Shown here: positions 30,447 through 44,155 of the stretch, piece by piece
How positions within the stretch are numbered: the stretch's first letter is position 1
Layout: every line of letters begins with the position of its first letter
From: Eledone cirrhosa
Lineage: Eukaryota
Length of the DNA: 64,000 nt
Reading direction: 5' to 3'
Assembly: GCA_964016885.1 (NCBI GenBank)
Contig: OZ024743.1
Span: 89,404,001 to 89,468,000 of the forward strand
Program-made: the position numbers and the translations under genes
Notes under the pieces: model-generated
The model's input: only the letters and a program-made list of their open reading frames with translations
Database searches by the model: none
What the model was told of the DNA's origin: nothing

Positions 30447-30517
30447 ATGAATGAGTCAGGACCTCGACGACTTTTCAGACGGCAAGAGCTCAGTCGTCGA
30501 GGTACTGACTCATTCAT
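30447..30517. other. Isolated 71-nt near-perfect hairpin (pre-miRNA-like)
   Basis: atgaatgagtcag-g-acctcgacgact pairs with agtcgtcgaggt-a-ctgactcattcat; 26-bp stem, one mismatch, 19-nt loop. Confidence 0.5.
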
Positions 30518-30590
30518 ATAACCAAGTATCGAATAACCAGTTTCTTACTGAACCCAACTTGATTTATACACATATACACACACACTCACG

Positions 30591-30665
<75 letters not shown>

Positions 30666-31160
30666 TTACTTATACATATATGTATATGTGTGTCTTTGTT
30701 GATGTGTGGTGACACTTTCAAGTAAATCTCGGGACACAAGTAGTCTCCATCCCCACACGACGGGGGACAGTGTGGTGTGCCAGTTGAACACGCAAAGGTC
30801 TATAACATTTGTAGGACATATAATCGACAATATTATTCAAGTGCAATGACATGTATTTTAATGATGTAGCTGATTATGATGATGGTGGTGATGATGATGA
30901 TGATGCTGATGATGGTGATGGTGATGATGGTGATGACCATGATGATATAATTTCCACCGAGATCTACCCTCATTCCCAGCTCCTCTACCCCACCCACCCT
31001 CACCTCCGTCCACCCCACCGCCCTCACCTAAACCTTATTAGAACGTCGTCAGTGAAATGACAGTCAAATGCTGAATGTAGTCAGTCACGTAGGCAAATAT
31101 TCTCCTAGGTCGGTGTATGTGTGTGTATATGTGTATGTGTATGTATACACACACACACAT

Positions 31161-31252
<92 letters not shown>

Positions 31253-32150
31253 TCATACATGCATATATATGTATACATATATATATATGTGTGTGTATGT
31301 ATGTATATACATATACACATGCATAAATACATACATACACGCATACAAACATACATACATATATATATACATGTATACATACATATATACATACTTACAT
31401 ACACACATACATACTTCCATTCATGTACACATACATACATATGTACATATGTACATATATACATATATACATACGTACACACTTATATGCATATATATTT
31501 ATATATGCATATATATATACATGCATATATATATATGCATATTCATGTATATATATATATATATGAGAAAGAGGATGAGAAAGAGAGAGAGAGGGGGGGG
31601 GGGGGAGAGCATGTATATACACGCATGCTGCATGTACGTCAGTATGTGGTGGGAAAAGAATATATATAGGTGCGTATATACACTGTGTGTAATGTGAATG
31701 CATGTATGTGAATGTGTGTCTATGTTTGTGTATAAGTGTATATGGTGTGTGTGTGAATATGTGTGTATGTGAGAGCGTGTGTATTTGTCTGTGTCAATAT
31801 GTGTGTGAGTGTGTCTGTATGTGCCTATATGAGTGTATATATGTCTGTGGTAATGGGAGTATGTGTGAGTGTGTGTGAATGTGTGTGAATATTTATATCT
31901 ATGTCAATGGAGATGGAGCAGTGAGCACCATTTAACGTTAAGCTGAGAAAATAAAGACGAATTTCTCTGGTGATTTAGATTAGTCCGGCCTTCCATATAT
32001 AATCATATAGCTGTGATTATATCGTAAGTACTAATAAGGTTGGACACACACACAGATATATATATATATATGTATATATACACATACTCATACACACATG
32101 CATAGGCACATATTTAAGCACATGCAGATTTCATGGTCATCCATCCATTC

Positions 32151-32225
<75 letters not shown>

Positions 32226-32229
<4 letters not shown>

Positions 32230-32712
32230 AAACCGCCACCCTCCTTCAAAAACGAAGGAGAGGCGGTTTTCCTTTGTGTGATAGCTATGGCGAAAGAGGT
32301 TGTATGGTGGACAAGGTTAAAAGGGCTGAGGTCAGACACCTTTCTCTCAGGCCAACAACTGATTCTTTTTTTCAAATACTAAAGAATCAGGATGAAGAGA
32401 GAGGTGCTGTACCCCAGCAAGTTTTATGAAAGGTGGGTGAAAGTGGCGAGAATGGCCCGAGTGAATGGGCCTTCTCTCTATATCAGCCTGTAGGTTGAGG
32501 AAAAAGAGGAAGATAGGAAAAGGGTACAAACTCTTCGTACTCCTGGAAATGAGGGTTGCACATTTTTTCGGGCGTATGTGTTACCCATATGGAATGTCTC
32601 CCCCTATTGGGGAAAATCGACTAATTTTAAAATTGCATTTGTGATAACATTTTACACGTTTTTATTGTATGTAAACTTCCCCCTTTGTATTTGTCCCTTT
32701 CTTTTGTGGCCC
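32226..32712 (+). mobile_element. Tx1/L1 LINE 3' end, copy 1
   Basis: IKPPPSFKNEGEAVFLCVIAMAKEVVWWTR plus 3' UTR and AATAAA; (TCTA)n on both sides. Confidence 0.9.
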
Positions 32713-32731
32713 TGTGGCTAATAAAGAAACA

Positions 32732-32817
<86 letters not shown>

Positions 32818-32818
<1 letters not shown>

Positions 32819-34541
32819 GCCCTCTCTCCTCCCTTCTGTACGTACTGACTCTCGAGCTACTACTGCGGAAGTTGGAGCTATTGCAGGGCATCCCTTTGGA
32901 ACCGGGACTGCGAAAAGCGGCGTCGGCCTATGCCGACGACGTAACAGTAATGGTGTCGAGCACCTCGCAAATCGGGGAGGTCGGCACCTAACTGGAGGAA
33001 TATGAAAGGTTCACAGGAGCGAAGCTGAACCGGGACAAATCTGTCGGTTTGCAACTCGGAACGTGGAGAGGCAAACCGATGCCTTCCGATGACGTCGTCG
33101 GGCGCTGGACGGAAGGAACGGTAAAGCTGCTCGGGGTCTGGTTTGGTCCTGACCTCCAGGTGGAGAAGAACTGGAACGAGGTGACGGCCAAGGTGTTTGC
33201 GCTCACCCAGAAGTGGGCCGAGTGCAAACTATCCTTGAAAGGTCGAGCGGAGGTAGCGAACACTTTTATAGCGTCCGCCATCTACTACCGCTTGACCGTT
33301 GTGCCTTGTCCAGCCAAAACGCTCACCAAAATGGAGCGCGCGCTCTTCCAATTCCTTTGGAAGAAACGGGCTCCTTTGGTGAGAAGATCCATCTGCTGCC
33401 AACACCCTTCAAACGGAGGGCTGGGGATGCCGTGGCTGACGATGCGCAAACACGCGCTCAGGCTGCGGCACCTCCACGTATTCCTCACCAGACAACCGGT
33501 GTGGGCCCCGTTCGTGAGGCGAGCCTTCCCACGACTCGTCTCGCTGACCGAGCTGCAGACCTGGGTCAAGCAAAGACCGAGGAAAATGGGCGACTGGCAT
33601 ATCGAATGTGCTCAGGCGCTCACAGTCCTCTGGCAAACGGACCCGGCGATCAGTGGAGACTCCACTTCGACATTCTATAGAGGGTTGGTCCGCAGCAAGT
33701 ACGACTACACGCTCGGAGAAACTCTGGGCGTAGAGGAGGACGAACTGGCCAGTCTGTTCGGTAGGACCTTCCGCCCGGGACCAATGGACAACTTCCAAAA
33801 GTCCCTGGCCTGGCAGTGCTACCGAGGAGCTCTACCACTTCGAGACAAGCTCTACAGACACGGGCGCCCGAGTGGGACCCTTCGAAAAAGATCTGTTCGA
33901 GATGCGTTCGCGACGAGAAAACCGTCGCACACGCATTTGTACACTGCCCGGGCGTTACCGACCTGTGGGGCTTTGTAGAACGACTATTGTCGCGGGTGGG
34001 ACCAATCCAGTTGACCACCGAGTCCATTGTCATGATCAAACCACCACCCTCCTTCAAAAACGAGGGAGAGGCGGTTTTCCTATGTGTTATGGCTATGGTG
34101 AAAGAGGTTGTATGGTGGACGAGGTTAAAAGGGCTGAGGTCAGACACCTTTCTCTCCGGCGAGCAACTGATTCGTTTTTTCAAATATCATTTTGGAAGAA
34201 GAATCAGGATGGAGAGAGAGGTACTGTACCCCAGCAAATTTTATAAAAGGTGGGTGAATGTGGCAAGAATGGCCCGAGTGGTTGGGCCTTCTCTCTATGT
34301 AAGCCTGTAGGTTGAGGAAAAAGAGGAAGAGAGGAAGGGAGTACTCACTCTTGGTGCTCCTGGAGATGAGGGTTGTACATTTTTTCGGGGTGTGTAAAAC
34401 CCCTGTGTAACACCTCTCCCCTATTGGGGATTTCAATTGTTATTTGTTGTTTTATTAATAGTTTTATTTTCATATACCTGTATGTAAACTCCCCATTTGT
34501 ATTTGTCCCCTTCTTTTGTGCCCTTGTGGCTAATAAAGAAA
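32818..34541 (+). mobile_element. 5'-truncated Tx1/L1-clade LINE (RT to C-terminal CCHC), copy 2
   Basis: LSPLLY...AYADDV, KLLGVWF, LSLKGR, GGLG, CSRC...HAFVHC; one in-frame stop, a frameshift near 33880, ORF ends at 34310; AATAAA then (TCTA)n. Confidence 0.92.
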
Positions 34542-34575
34542 TTTATCTATCTATCTATCTATCTATCTATATATA

Positions 34576-34942
34576 ATACCACTTTGGAAGAAGAATCAGG
34601 ATGGAGAGAGAGGTGCTGTACCCCAGCAAGTTTTATGAAAGGTGGGTGAAAGTGGCGAGAATGGCCCGAGTGAATGGGCCTTCTCTCTAGATCAGCCTGT
34701 AGGTTGAGGAAAAGGAGGAGGAGAAGAAAGGAGTACAAACTCTTCGTACTCCTGGAGATGAGGGCTGCACATTTTTTTTCGGGCGTATGTGTTACCCATA
34801 TGGAATGTCTCCCCCTATTGGGGAAAATCGACTAATTTTAAAATTGCATTTGTGATAATATGTTACACGTTTTTATTGTATGTAAACTTCCCCCTTTGTA
34901 TTTGTTCCCTTCTTTTGTGCCTCTGTGGCTAATAAAGAAACA
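34576..34942 (+). mobile_element. Tx1/L1 LINE 3' end, copy 3
   Basis: Same C-terminus and 3' UTR, closer to copy 1 than to copy 2; (TCTA)n tail. Confidence 0.9.
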
Positions 34943-35304
34943 TATCTATCTATCTATCTATCTATCTATATATCTATCTATCTATCTATCTATATAAATT
35001 TGCCTGTCTTTCCCCTTATATATATATAAAGGGTAAAGAAACCTCCCTCAGTCACTAATGACCAAGGGATTTTCACCTAGAAAGTTCCCCTCCTCCGAGG
35101 CACACTCCGGGCAAGGTTGGTTGTTTGTGGAAGACCAGCAATCTCTCATACATACCAGTCTCCCCCTCTCTACGCCACCGATGATGTCCAAGACAAAGGC
35201 AACGGACGATACAGCTTGCTACCAGTGACGTTGCAACTCATTTCTAAACTGGAGCAACGGGAAATATAGTGCCTTGCTCCACGACACAACGTATCACATA
35301 TGCA

Positions 35305-35624
35305 CAATGTTGGATTTAGACCTAAAGGGGCCAGGGAAACTTCAGGTTGGGGGGAGGGGGCATCTCATACACAAACAAATACAATACACAGCAAACCCCC
35401 CAATTTTACATATCAAAGTTAGCTTGACGCAAGTAACTGGAATTAAAAAGTTATACATACAGGTATTGAATTCAAAAATTCTAACCATCCTAAAATTAAA
35501 AAGCCCAGCTGAGGGCACTAATAAATTACTACGGCTGTTGGTGGTGCCCTTCTCCCCCACTACCACTACCACTGCAGGGGCCCCGGGCAATTTCCCCCTT
35601 CGCCCCCTATTAAATCCGTCCCTG
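35305..35624. mobile_element. hAT-like MITE
   Basis: Perfect 8-bp TSD catatgca (35297-35304 and 35625-35632); right end taaatccgtccctg; homologous to 54451-54721. Confidence 0.75.
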
Positions 35625-35964
35625 CATATGCAATTACCCAAGAAGAATTAGAACTGTTCTGTGACAAAGCAATCGACATAACAAAATGTATTTCACTATC
35701 GTAATTGGAGGCCTTAACGCAAAGATAGGTCAAGGAAAGGAATATTATATACATCAATTCTCGCAAGATGCAAGAATAACAAGGAAGAAGGTGAAATAAA
35801 TATCTGTCAAAGAGAATAAATAAGGAAAAAAAGAACGAAAGAATGAAAAAGACTTAGAAATATCAAATACATTCTTCAAATATAATAAACTGCAGAGATG
35901 AACCTGGATAATTGTAAACTAGGAAACATTGAGCAAAATAGATTACATTATGACAATCAAGACA

Positions 35965-36152
35965 AGGCGGGGGATTGGCACTATCGGTAGAGGGTCGGAC
36001 GCCATGCTTTGCAGCATAGAGTTATTGCCCTTTACGTTCTGAGTTCAAATCCCGCCGAGGTTAACTTTGCCTTTCACCCTTACAGGGTCGATAAAATAAA
36101 GTACCAGTAATGCCTTAGGATAATTGCTGGCCTTGTGCCAAAAGTAGAAACA
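35965..36152 (+). mobile_element. Nin/Deu-type tRNA SINE with ~17-bp TSD
   Basis: Full consensus flanked by attatgacaat(c/g)aagac on both sides. Confidence 0.88.
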
Positions 36153-36959
36153 ATTATGACAATGAAGACGTCGTTTTAAACATTGAGGTAATTAATATAT
36201 TCTAAGGCAGCAATCACAGAATGGTAAAGGCCAGGGTTCAAACTGACTTACAAAAGAATAGACAATAATTATTCCACTTCCGGAACAAACCAATAAGTAT
36301 CGCCAATAGCCAAATCGATCTTTTCTAAGCAGACCTTAACACCGCATCTGTCCGCCGGAGCTGGGGGGCGGCCAGCGTGTAGAACCCCATTTGCTCAGAT
36401 GGGGAGGGCGAGAGAGATGGAGGTGATGACAGTGGGAGTTCGGCCCTTCTGTGTTCGGACCTGGTGTACATCATATATATATTAAGATCTATCTTAAGGT
36501 GGTGGTGATTATTCTATCCCGCGTAACGAAATAGGCCACGTCCTCTGTACCATTTAGAAATGGAGGGAATAAATCGCCCAAACACATACTATCTGTCTCA
36601 CACAGAAATTTCCGACAACTTGCGATCTGATCCCTATTATAAACAAAAGTTTCCTGTTCGCCATTACCTACTAATAACATGTTTGCTAATGAATTTCAGA
36701 AGTCGGATAGAATGTCTCGCGGTATTCGTTCTGGCTCTGAGCTCAAATACCGCCAAGGTTCACTTAGCTTTCCATTATTTCCAGGTCAATAGAAAAGTAA
36801 CAGTCCAGTACTGGAGTCGATTTTTCCATTATATCTCTTTCTCTCACTTCTCTGGAAGAAATCAATTGTGTTCAAACCTGGAGAAGGAATGGGCTCGGAC
36901 AGGTTTAAATTCTTAACTTTTCCATTAAATTAGCTCGGTGAAATATGAACTTACAATTT

Positions 36960-37911
36960 GTTATATGGCGTTTTAACATATTGTTTAGCTCTAGTTTTCT
37001 TAACTATTGAGCGCTTGCCAGCATTTCTACGATTTTGCGTTTCGTTTCGCTTTTTCTACCAGCCGAAATACGATTCGCGCTGAATTATATTTATATTAAT
37101 CTCCCGAATCTTACAATTAACCTGTTAATAATTCTATTGACAGATTAATTGCATAAGTTTATTTTAAAAACTACCTGGTTGAGTGCTTATTCGATTTGTG
37201 CTATCTATGCAATTTTTTGTATGATATACACATACTGAATTCATTTGCCAAAATCTGCGGAAATTCCCCTTCTGACTTACGCATATGCTTTTACAAAGTT
37301 CTGCGTCACTCGCAAAGCTGGTTACAAAGCAAAACTACCTGTTGATAACGGGATATTCCTTGTTCGATCTTTATGCTGTGAGCTTATAGTTTTAAGCAGA
37401 CAGTATTATTGATTAGGTGTCATAGAAACCCTGCATTTGGATTTTGCCATCAATTCCATTTGGGTCCAGGTCTGTTTTTATCATTTATTTTGTTTGAGCT
37501 GTTTAGCTTGATTTGTTTTTTGGCTTAGGTGGTTAATGCCTTCTTAACCACTTTTTCAGTTTGTATGGCGTTTTAACATATTTTTTAGCTCTAGTTTTCT
37601 TCACTATTGAGCGCTTGCCAGCATTTCTACGATTTTGCGTTTCGTTTCGCTTTTTCTACCAGCCGAAATACGATTCTCGCTGAATTATATTTATATATAT
37701 ATATATATGAATATGAATATGTCATTTATTTTGTCTGTCCTGTTTAGCTTGACTTGTTTTTTGGCTTAGGTGGTTAATGGCTTCTTGACCGCCTTCTCAG
37801 TTTGTATGGCCTTTATAACCAATGTTTATTGCTCTGGAGCGCTTGCCAGCATGACTCGGAATTTGCGTTACGTTTCGCTTTTACTACCCGCCGAAATGCG
37901 ATTCTCGCTGA

Positions 37912-37916
<5 letters not shown>
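36960..37916 (+). mobile_element. Tandem partial repeats (3 copies of a ~130-bp end), probable Penelope pLTR array ending in (TA)n
   Basis: tatggcgttttaac...gagcgcttgccagc...gccgaaat.cgattc.cgctgaatt at ~36963, 37565 and 37806. Confidence 0.55.
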
Positions 37917-37979
<63 letters not shown>

Positions 37980-37983
<4 letters not shown>

Positions 37984-38471
37984 AGGTGTATTATTGGTTG
38001 TGTCAAACGGCCCAATAAATTTTTTTTACCAGTATTAAGTTCTCCACGCTTTTGTATATCTCCAATTCCATTTATGGGAACAGCTACGGAGTATTTGTAT
38101 CAAAATAAAGATCCGAAGGCATGGTATAAATTTCCAATCATTTTAATCACGACACATGTTTCAATAAGAGATAGATCGATCGTGTAGCCATGATCGATTA
38201 TCACTGATCTCGTCAGGTGAAAATGAATTGTCTTCAAATCCTTGATATGAGGGAGAAAATTAACGATGTTCACTCACAGAGTTTAGTCCCTCATATGTGA
38301 GTGAACATCGTTAATTTTCTCCCTCATATCAAGTATTTGAAGACAATTCATTTTCACCTGACGAGATCAGTGATAATCGATCATGGCTACACGATCGATC
38401 TATCTCTTATTGAAACATGTGTCGTGATTAAAATGATTGGAAATTTATACCATGCCTTCGGATCTTTATTT

Positions 38472-38476
<5 letters not shown>
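37980..38476 (-). mobile_element. Penelope-like pLTR fold-back with a hammerhead in each arm
   Basis: ~180-bp arms 38098-38278 and 38298-38476; unique tail on the left; (TA)n on both flanks. Confidence 0.8.
38354..38427 (+). ncRNA. Type I hammerhead ribozyme (mirror copy on - strand at 38147-38220)
   Basis: tcac-CTGACGA-(long stem II)-GAAA-CATGTG-TC-gtga. Confidence 0.72.
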
Positions 38477-38537
<61 letters not shown>

Positions 38538-38865
38538 TTAAGTCGTTTTGGAAGCCTCGAAAATGCAGATGGGTAAATCTCCGGGTAACAAGATCCGGTG
38601 GTGGAGAGGGAGAGATGTAAGTGAGTGTACGTTGAGATGTGTAGCGTGTAGAAGAATGTAGGAAAGAGCGTAAAGGATAAAAATAATAACACGAGATAGA
38701 GTTACCTTGGGAGAGATTTAATTGTCCCTATATATTTCGGATTCACATCCATCAACTGGGGTTTTTTTCCGGGGGGTGTGGGGAGGGAGGTTGTCTGTCG
38801 GAAAGGTGCGAAACGTGTCCTCCGCTGTTCGTTGTTTTGAATATATATATATATATATATATATA

Positions 38866-40398
38866 ATGCCGAGGTGGCAACACCTATCGGGAAAATCTTC
38901 TTTAGACTCGTCGAAAAACACTTCCCACTACAACACCGCTACCACAACATAATCAACAAAAACACCATCAAACTCTCCTACAGCACCACACCTAACTTCG
39001 CACAAAACATCGTCTCCTCAAACAACAAAAAACTCAACCCCTATGGAAGAAATAACCTAGACATCAGTGGAGAGCCGACCACGAGGTGTAACTGCCCTGA
39101 TAGATCTACATGCCCCCTTAACAACAAATGCCGAGAACGTAACGTGATCTACCTCCAACAAAGCTTATATAGGATTAACCGCGTGTGACTTCAAGACCCG
39201 GCTCTACCAACACCGACATACTTTCGGAAACCCGGTCCGGCGACATGCCACTACACTTTCGGGCCACATCTGGGACCTCCAAGATAATAATATAACCTAC
39301 AATTTCACTTGGAGCTTACTGTCCAGAGCTAACTCTTACACGGGAGGACGCCGTCCGTGTAACTTATGCTCGGAGGAAACATTACAAATGGTGTTTTCCA
39401 AGGATCAACTCCTAAACAAGAAAGACGAACTGGTAACCGCATGCAAACACAGATTGCGTAGGACTTACCACGCCCTCAAACCCCATAGCGACCCGGGTGC
39501 GTAGACAAGGGCTGATACCCCCCCCCCCCCCACTTGCCGAATAAGATAGGGGAAACCCCAGCCTACATAGGTAGATGTATCTCTTTTCTTTTCTTTTCTT
39601 CATTGTCTTCTTCTTCCCTCTGTCTCATCCTATCACTTCCTTACACCCCCTATTTTCTTCCTCGTCTGCTTTTCCCCTTTCCCCTACCCCGATGCAGCCC
39701 ATCGGGCCTCTGTAGCATCAGTTCCCCCACCCCTGTAATTTTAAGATAGAATTGGCCGAATACGTTTTACTAACTACTTATAGCAGACGTGTTAAACCCC
39801 TTTTATTTTTGTATCAGTTTTGGTACTACTCAATTTCTACAAGTTTTTTCTATTCTCAACTTATTAACCTGTAATTGTAAGATAGCATTGTGAATTTTTT
39901 TTTTTAAATTCATTTCTCACTATCTAATTTTATATATATTTTTTTTTTCTTTCTATTATCTTTTATTGTCTCCTATTCTCATTCGATTTACCTGTTCTAT
40001 AACCTCCCTCCTCCACTTCATACACTATCCTTAGAATCTGCTGTATACATATTACTTTCAACGCTTGACCGCTCCACTCACTCCCTATTGTTCTACAGGC
40101 AAGTTCAGCCACCCCTACCCCCACCAAATGCCATGATAGACTTATTTGTGTTTACAACAAATTTTAACCAATCCTCTTGACAACTACAATCTTCCTATAT
40201 AAGGAAGTACCCTTTGACAAGTTCGGCTATTTATTCACCAGGCTAAAAATTCTAATTTAGTCCAGAAATAGCCGTCGAAACGGCTTGAGCTCTGCCGTCG
40301 GGGTCATACTTTTTCCTATTTCCCACTCTACTACTCTAAGTATTGAGTACTCTGGTGCGTTATGGTCCACCTGGTTCCTTACCACAATTCCTTTGTTA
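38866..40398 (+). mobile_element. 5'-truncated Penelope-like element (Neptune-type Cys linker, GIY-YIG endonuclease, 3' UTR/pLTR)
   Basis: FFRLVEKHFP...NTIKLSYS...CNC...CPLNNKC...NVIY, then after a frameshift YIGLT..FKTR..QH...LSGHIWDL...CNLC.EE...LLNKKDELVTACKH; begins and ends in (TA)n. Confidence 0.88.
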
Positions 40399-40716
40399 TA
40401 AATATATATATATATATATATCATATGTATATATACGTATGCATATAGGCATGACCTCAAAAGAAATGGTATTTGTGTTAGTGCATGTGTGGTGGTGGTG
40501 GTGGTGGTGGTGGTGGTGTGTGTATCAGCAGGGGGGGTAGGGTTAAGATGTGGAAGGTTTGTTTCGTGTCTCGGGAAGCTGGAAGTTGTGATGATGTGCC
40601 AGAAGTGATGAGAGAGCTTCAACAGACAAACCAAATGCCGGAGAGGGAATACATGTCGGCATGGGAAAGGTTGTTGAGAACAATATGTCTTAGAGAGAGA
40701 GATAGGAGAGGAGAAG

Positions 40717-40757
<41 letters not shown>

Positions 40758-40817
40758 CAGAGAGAGAGGGAGAGAGATGGAGAGTGAGAGAGAGGGGGAT
40801 GAGAGAGAGTGTGTGAC

Positions 40818-40849
<32 letters not shown>

Positions 40850-41031
40850 AGAGTGAAGGAGCGAGAGAGATGGAGAGAGATAGACTGAGAGAGAGAGAGG
40901 AGAGGGGATGAGAGAGAGTCTGACAGAGAGAGAGAGAAATGGACAGAGAGAGAATGAGAGTGAGAGAAACAGAGGAGAGTGTGTGACAGAGAGGCAGATG
41001 GAGAGAGAGAGAGACTGAGAGAGAAAGAGAC

Positions 41032-41089
<58 letters not shown>

Positions 41090-41614
41090 CAGAAATTGTG
41101 TAAGTGTCGGTAGGTTAGTTGAAATAGAAGACATTCCATAGCAGAGTTAAATAACTTCACAACTTATTTTTGTTACTTGTGCCTCTCTCTCTCTCTTCAG
41201 ACTGTCTGTTTCTCTCTATCTCTCTCTCTGCCTCTCTTTCTCTCTTTGCTTCTCTCTCTCTTCTGACTGTCTGTTTCTCTCTCTTTCTTTCTCTCTCTCT
41301 CACTCTGTTTATCTGCCTATTTTTATGTCCTCTCTCTCATCTCTCCTATTTTCATCATCTTCTGTCTCTCTCTCTGCCTGTCTGTTGCCTCTTTGTCCAT
41401 CTGTTTGACTCTCTCTCTCTCTCTCTCTCTTTCTTTCTCTCTCTCTGTTTATCTGCCTGTTCCCCCTCTCTCTTACTCTCTTTCTTCTGTCTGTTTTTTC
41501 TCTCTCTTTCTCTCTCTCTGTTTATCAGCCTGTTTTTTCTTTCTCTCTCTCTCTCATCTCTCCTATTGTTCATCATATTCTGTCTCTCTCTCTGCCTGTC
41601 TGTTGCCTCTCTGC

Positions 41615-41655
<41 letters not shown>

Positions 41656-41674
41656 TTATTATGTCTTTCTATTT

Positions 41675-41867
41675 AGGGCGGTGTATTGGCAGTATCGGTA
41701 GAGGGTCGGACGCCATGCTTTGCAGCAAAGAGTTACGGCCTTCTACGTTCTGAGTTCAAATCCGGCCGAGGTTAACTTTGCCTTTCATCCTTACGGGGTC
41801 GATAAAATAAAGTACCAGTAATGCACTGGGTAATTGCTGGCCTTGTGCCTAAAGTAGAAACAATTAT
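41675..41867 (+). mobile_element. Nin/Deu-type tRNA SINE
   Basis: Full family consensus. Confidence 0.88.
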
Positions 41868-42128
41868 GTCTTTCTATCTCTCTCCTCTCTCACCATCTCT
41901 CTCTGTCACCCTCTCTCTCTCTCACCATCTCTCTCTGTCTCCCCCTCTCTCTGTCTCCCTCTCTCTCTGTCTCCCCCTCTCTCTCCGTCTCTCTCCAATG
42001 TATTTTATATACATATATAAGAAGTATTAGATATCTATCTCTGTCTGTTATGGCATACCAGCTTTACACTGACGTTGAAATTGATAAAATAAAATAAAAA
42101 AATAATATACTCTAAGGTAAGAATATGA

Positions 42129-42198
<70 letters not shown>

Positions 42199-42689
42199 GA
42201 GGGGGTGGGGTGATAGTGTAGAGAAGAGAAAGGAAGAAGAAATTTTATGAAGAAGGAAGTAAACGAGAAGCGGGGGTGGTGGTGGTGGTGGGGGTGGAAG
42301 AGAAGTAGTGTAATGAAGATATATATATATATATGTATGTAGGGACCCGTAACTCCTGATGTAGTCGTAATGGCGCCGTCGTGACATAAAGTGTATCTTG
42401 GGCATTTTAAATCTGGCAGAACCCATCTCCTCTCCAGATTTAATCACACCAAGTTTCTTTCAGAGAAGGTGAGAGAGAGGGAAAGCGAGAACAAGTTATA
42501 GAGGAAGAATCGACCCCAATACTAGACCAGTACTTTCTCTGTCAACCTCGAAAGGATGAAAGGCTAAGTTGACCTCGGCGGAATATGAACTGCGAGAGCA
42601 GAGCCGAGATGAATAGCAGAGTTTGTGAGATAGGTTTCAGTATACCTAGTTAATCGTGTTTCTAATATAATCCACAATCTCCATTTAAC

Positions 42690-42842
42690 AGGATATACCT
42701 TGTTACATCTACCACATTGTACTCACAAGGCTGTGGTCATCCTGAGGCTATAGCTAAAGAAACTTACCCATGTGTGCCACGCAGTGGGAACGAACCCGGC
42801 ACCACATGCTTAGAAGCGAACGTCTAAACCACACAGACACAG
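42690..42842 (-). mobile_element. tRNA-derived SINE head of another family
   Basis: The reverse complement gives gtgtggtttagacg...ccgggttcgttcccactgcgtggcaca (A/B-box-like). Confidence 0.5.
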
Positions 42843-43199
42843 CTGAGTGTGTGTCTACGTTAGAACTTCCAAAGGGCGGTAAGTCGGCGTTACAATGTCG
42901 GATAGACTGCTTTACACTATTTGTTCTGACTCTCCACACTTTCGGTTCAAATCCTATCTAGATTAACTTTCATTCTTTCGATGTTGATATAAAAAAAAAG
43001 TAGCAGTCCAGTACTGGGATCGATTCTACCTCTATATCTCTTTCCCACTTCCTCTCTATCACTCTCCTCCTCTTCTCCGTCTATCCCACCCTCTCTTTCT
43101 TCCCCTTCACGCTCTCTCTTTCTCCCTCTACTTCTCTGGAAGAAATTGAATGTCGGATAGAATGCTTTGCAGTATTCATTCCGACTTTCTGAACTTTCT

Positions 43200-43560
43200 G
43201 ATTTCAGATTCCCGCGAGGTCAGCTGTGCCTTTCATCCATTTAAGGCCGATAAAAAAAGTACCAGTTTAGTACTGAGGTCGATTCTTCCTCTATATCTCT
43301 TTCTCACTTTCTCTCTATCACTGTAGTTTACTGAGGTCAACTTTGCCTTTCATCCATTTAAGGTCAATAAAAAAAGGTACCAGTTTAGTACTGAGGTCGA
43401 TTCTTCCTCTATATCTCTTTCTCACTTTCTCTCTATCACTGTAGTTTACTGAGGTCAACTTTGCTTTTCATCCATTTAAGGTCAATAAAAAAAGGTACCA
43501 GTTTAGTACTAACGTCGATTCTTCCTCTATATCTCTTTCTCACTTCCTCTCTATATCACT
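43200..43560 (+). repeat. Tandem ~119-bp amplification of a SINE core fragment (3 units)
   Basis: gaggtcaactttgcctttcatccatttaaggtcaataaaaaaaggtaccagtttagtactgaggtcgattcttcc repeated. Confidence 0.8.
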
Positions 43561-43687
43561 CTCTATGCTCCTCTGGAAGAAATCTGCTGTATTCAGACAT
43601 GGAGAGGAGAAGGGCTCCGCTGGGTTTAAAATACCCTAGACACGCTGTATGTCAATAAGACTCCCCTACGACTCACTCAGGAGTTAT

Positions 43688-44155
43688 GGGTCCGTACATT
43701 CAACATTGTTACATGACGACATATGTCTAGTCTTGCTGTACACTGTGTGTGTAGTGTAGATATGTGTGTACGTGCATGCGTGACTGTGTGAGTATGCACA
43801 TTACGGGTCCGTATATTCAACATTGTTACATGACGACATATGTCTAGTCTTGCTGTACACTGTGTGTGTGTAGTGTAGATATGTGTGTACGTGCATGCGT
43901 GACTGTGTGAGTATGCACATTACGGGTCCGTACATTCAACATTGTCACATGACGACATATGTCTAGTCTTGCTGTACACTGTGTGTGTAGTGTAGATATG
44001 TGTGTACGTGCATGCGTGACTGTGTGAGTATGCACATTACGGGTCCGTATATTCAACATTGTCACATGACGACATATGTCTAGTCTTGCTGTACACTGTG
44101 TGTGTGTAGTGTAGATATGTGTGTACGTGCATGCGTGACTGTGTGAGTATGCACA
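43688..44155. repeat. 117-119-bp minisatellite, 4 units
   Basis: gggtccgta.attcaacattg at 43688, 43805, 43924 and 44041. Confidence 0.9.
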
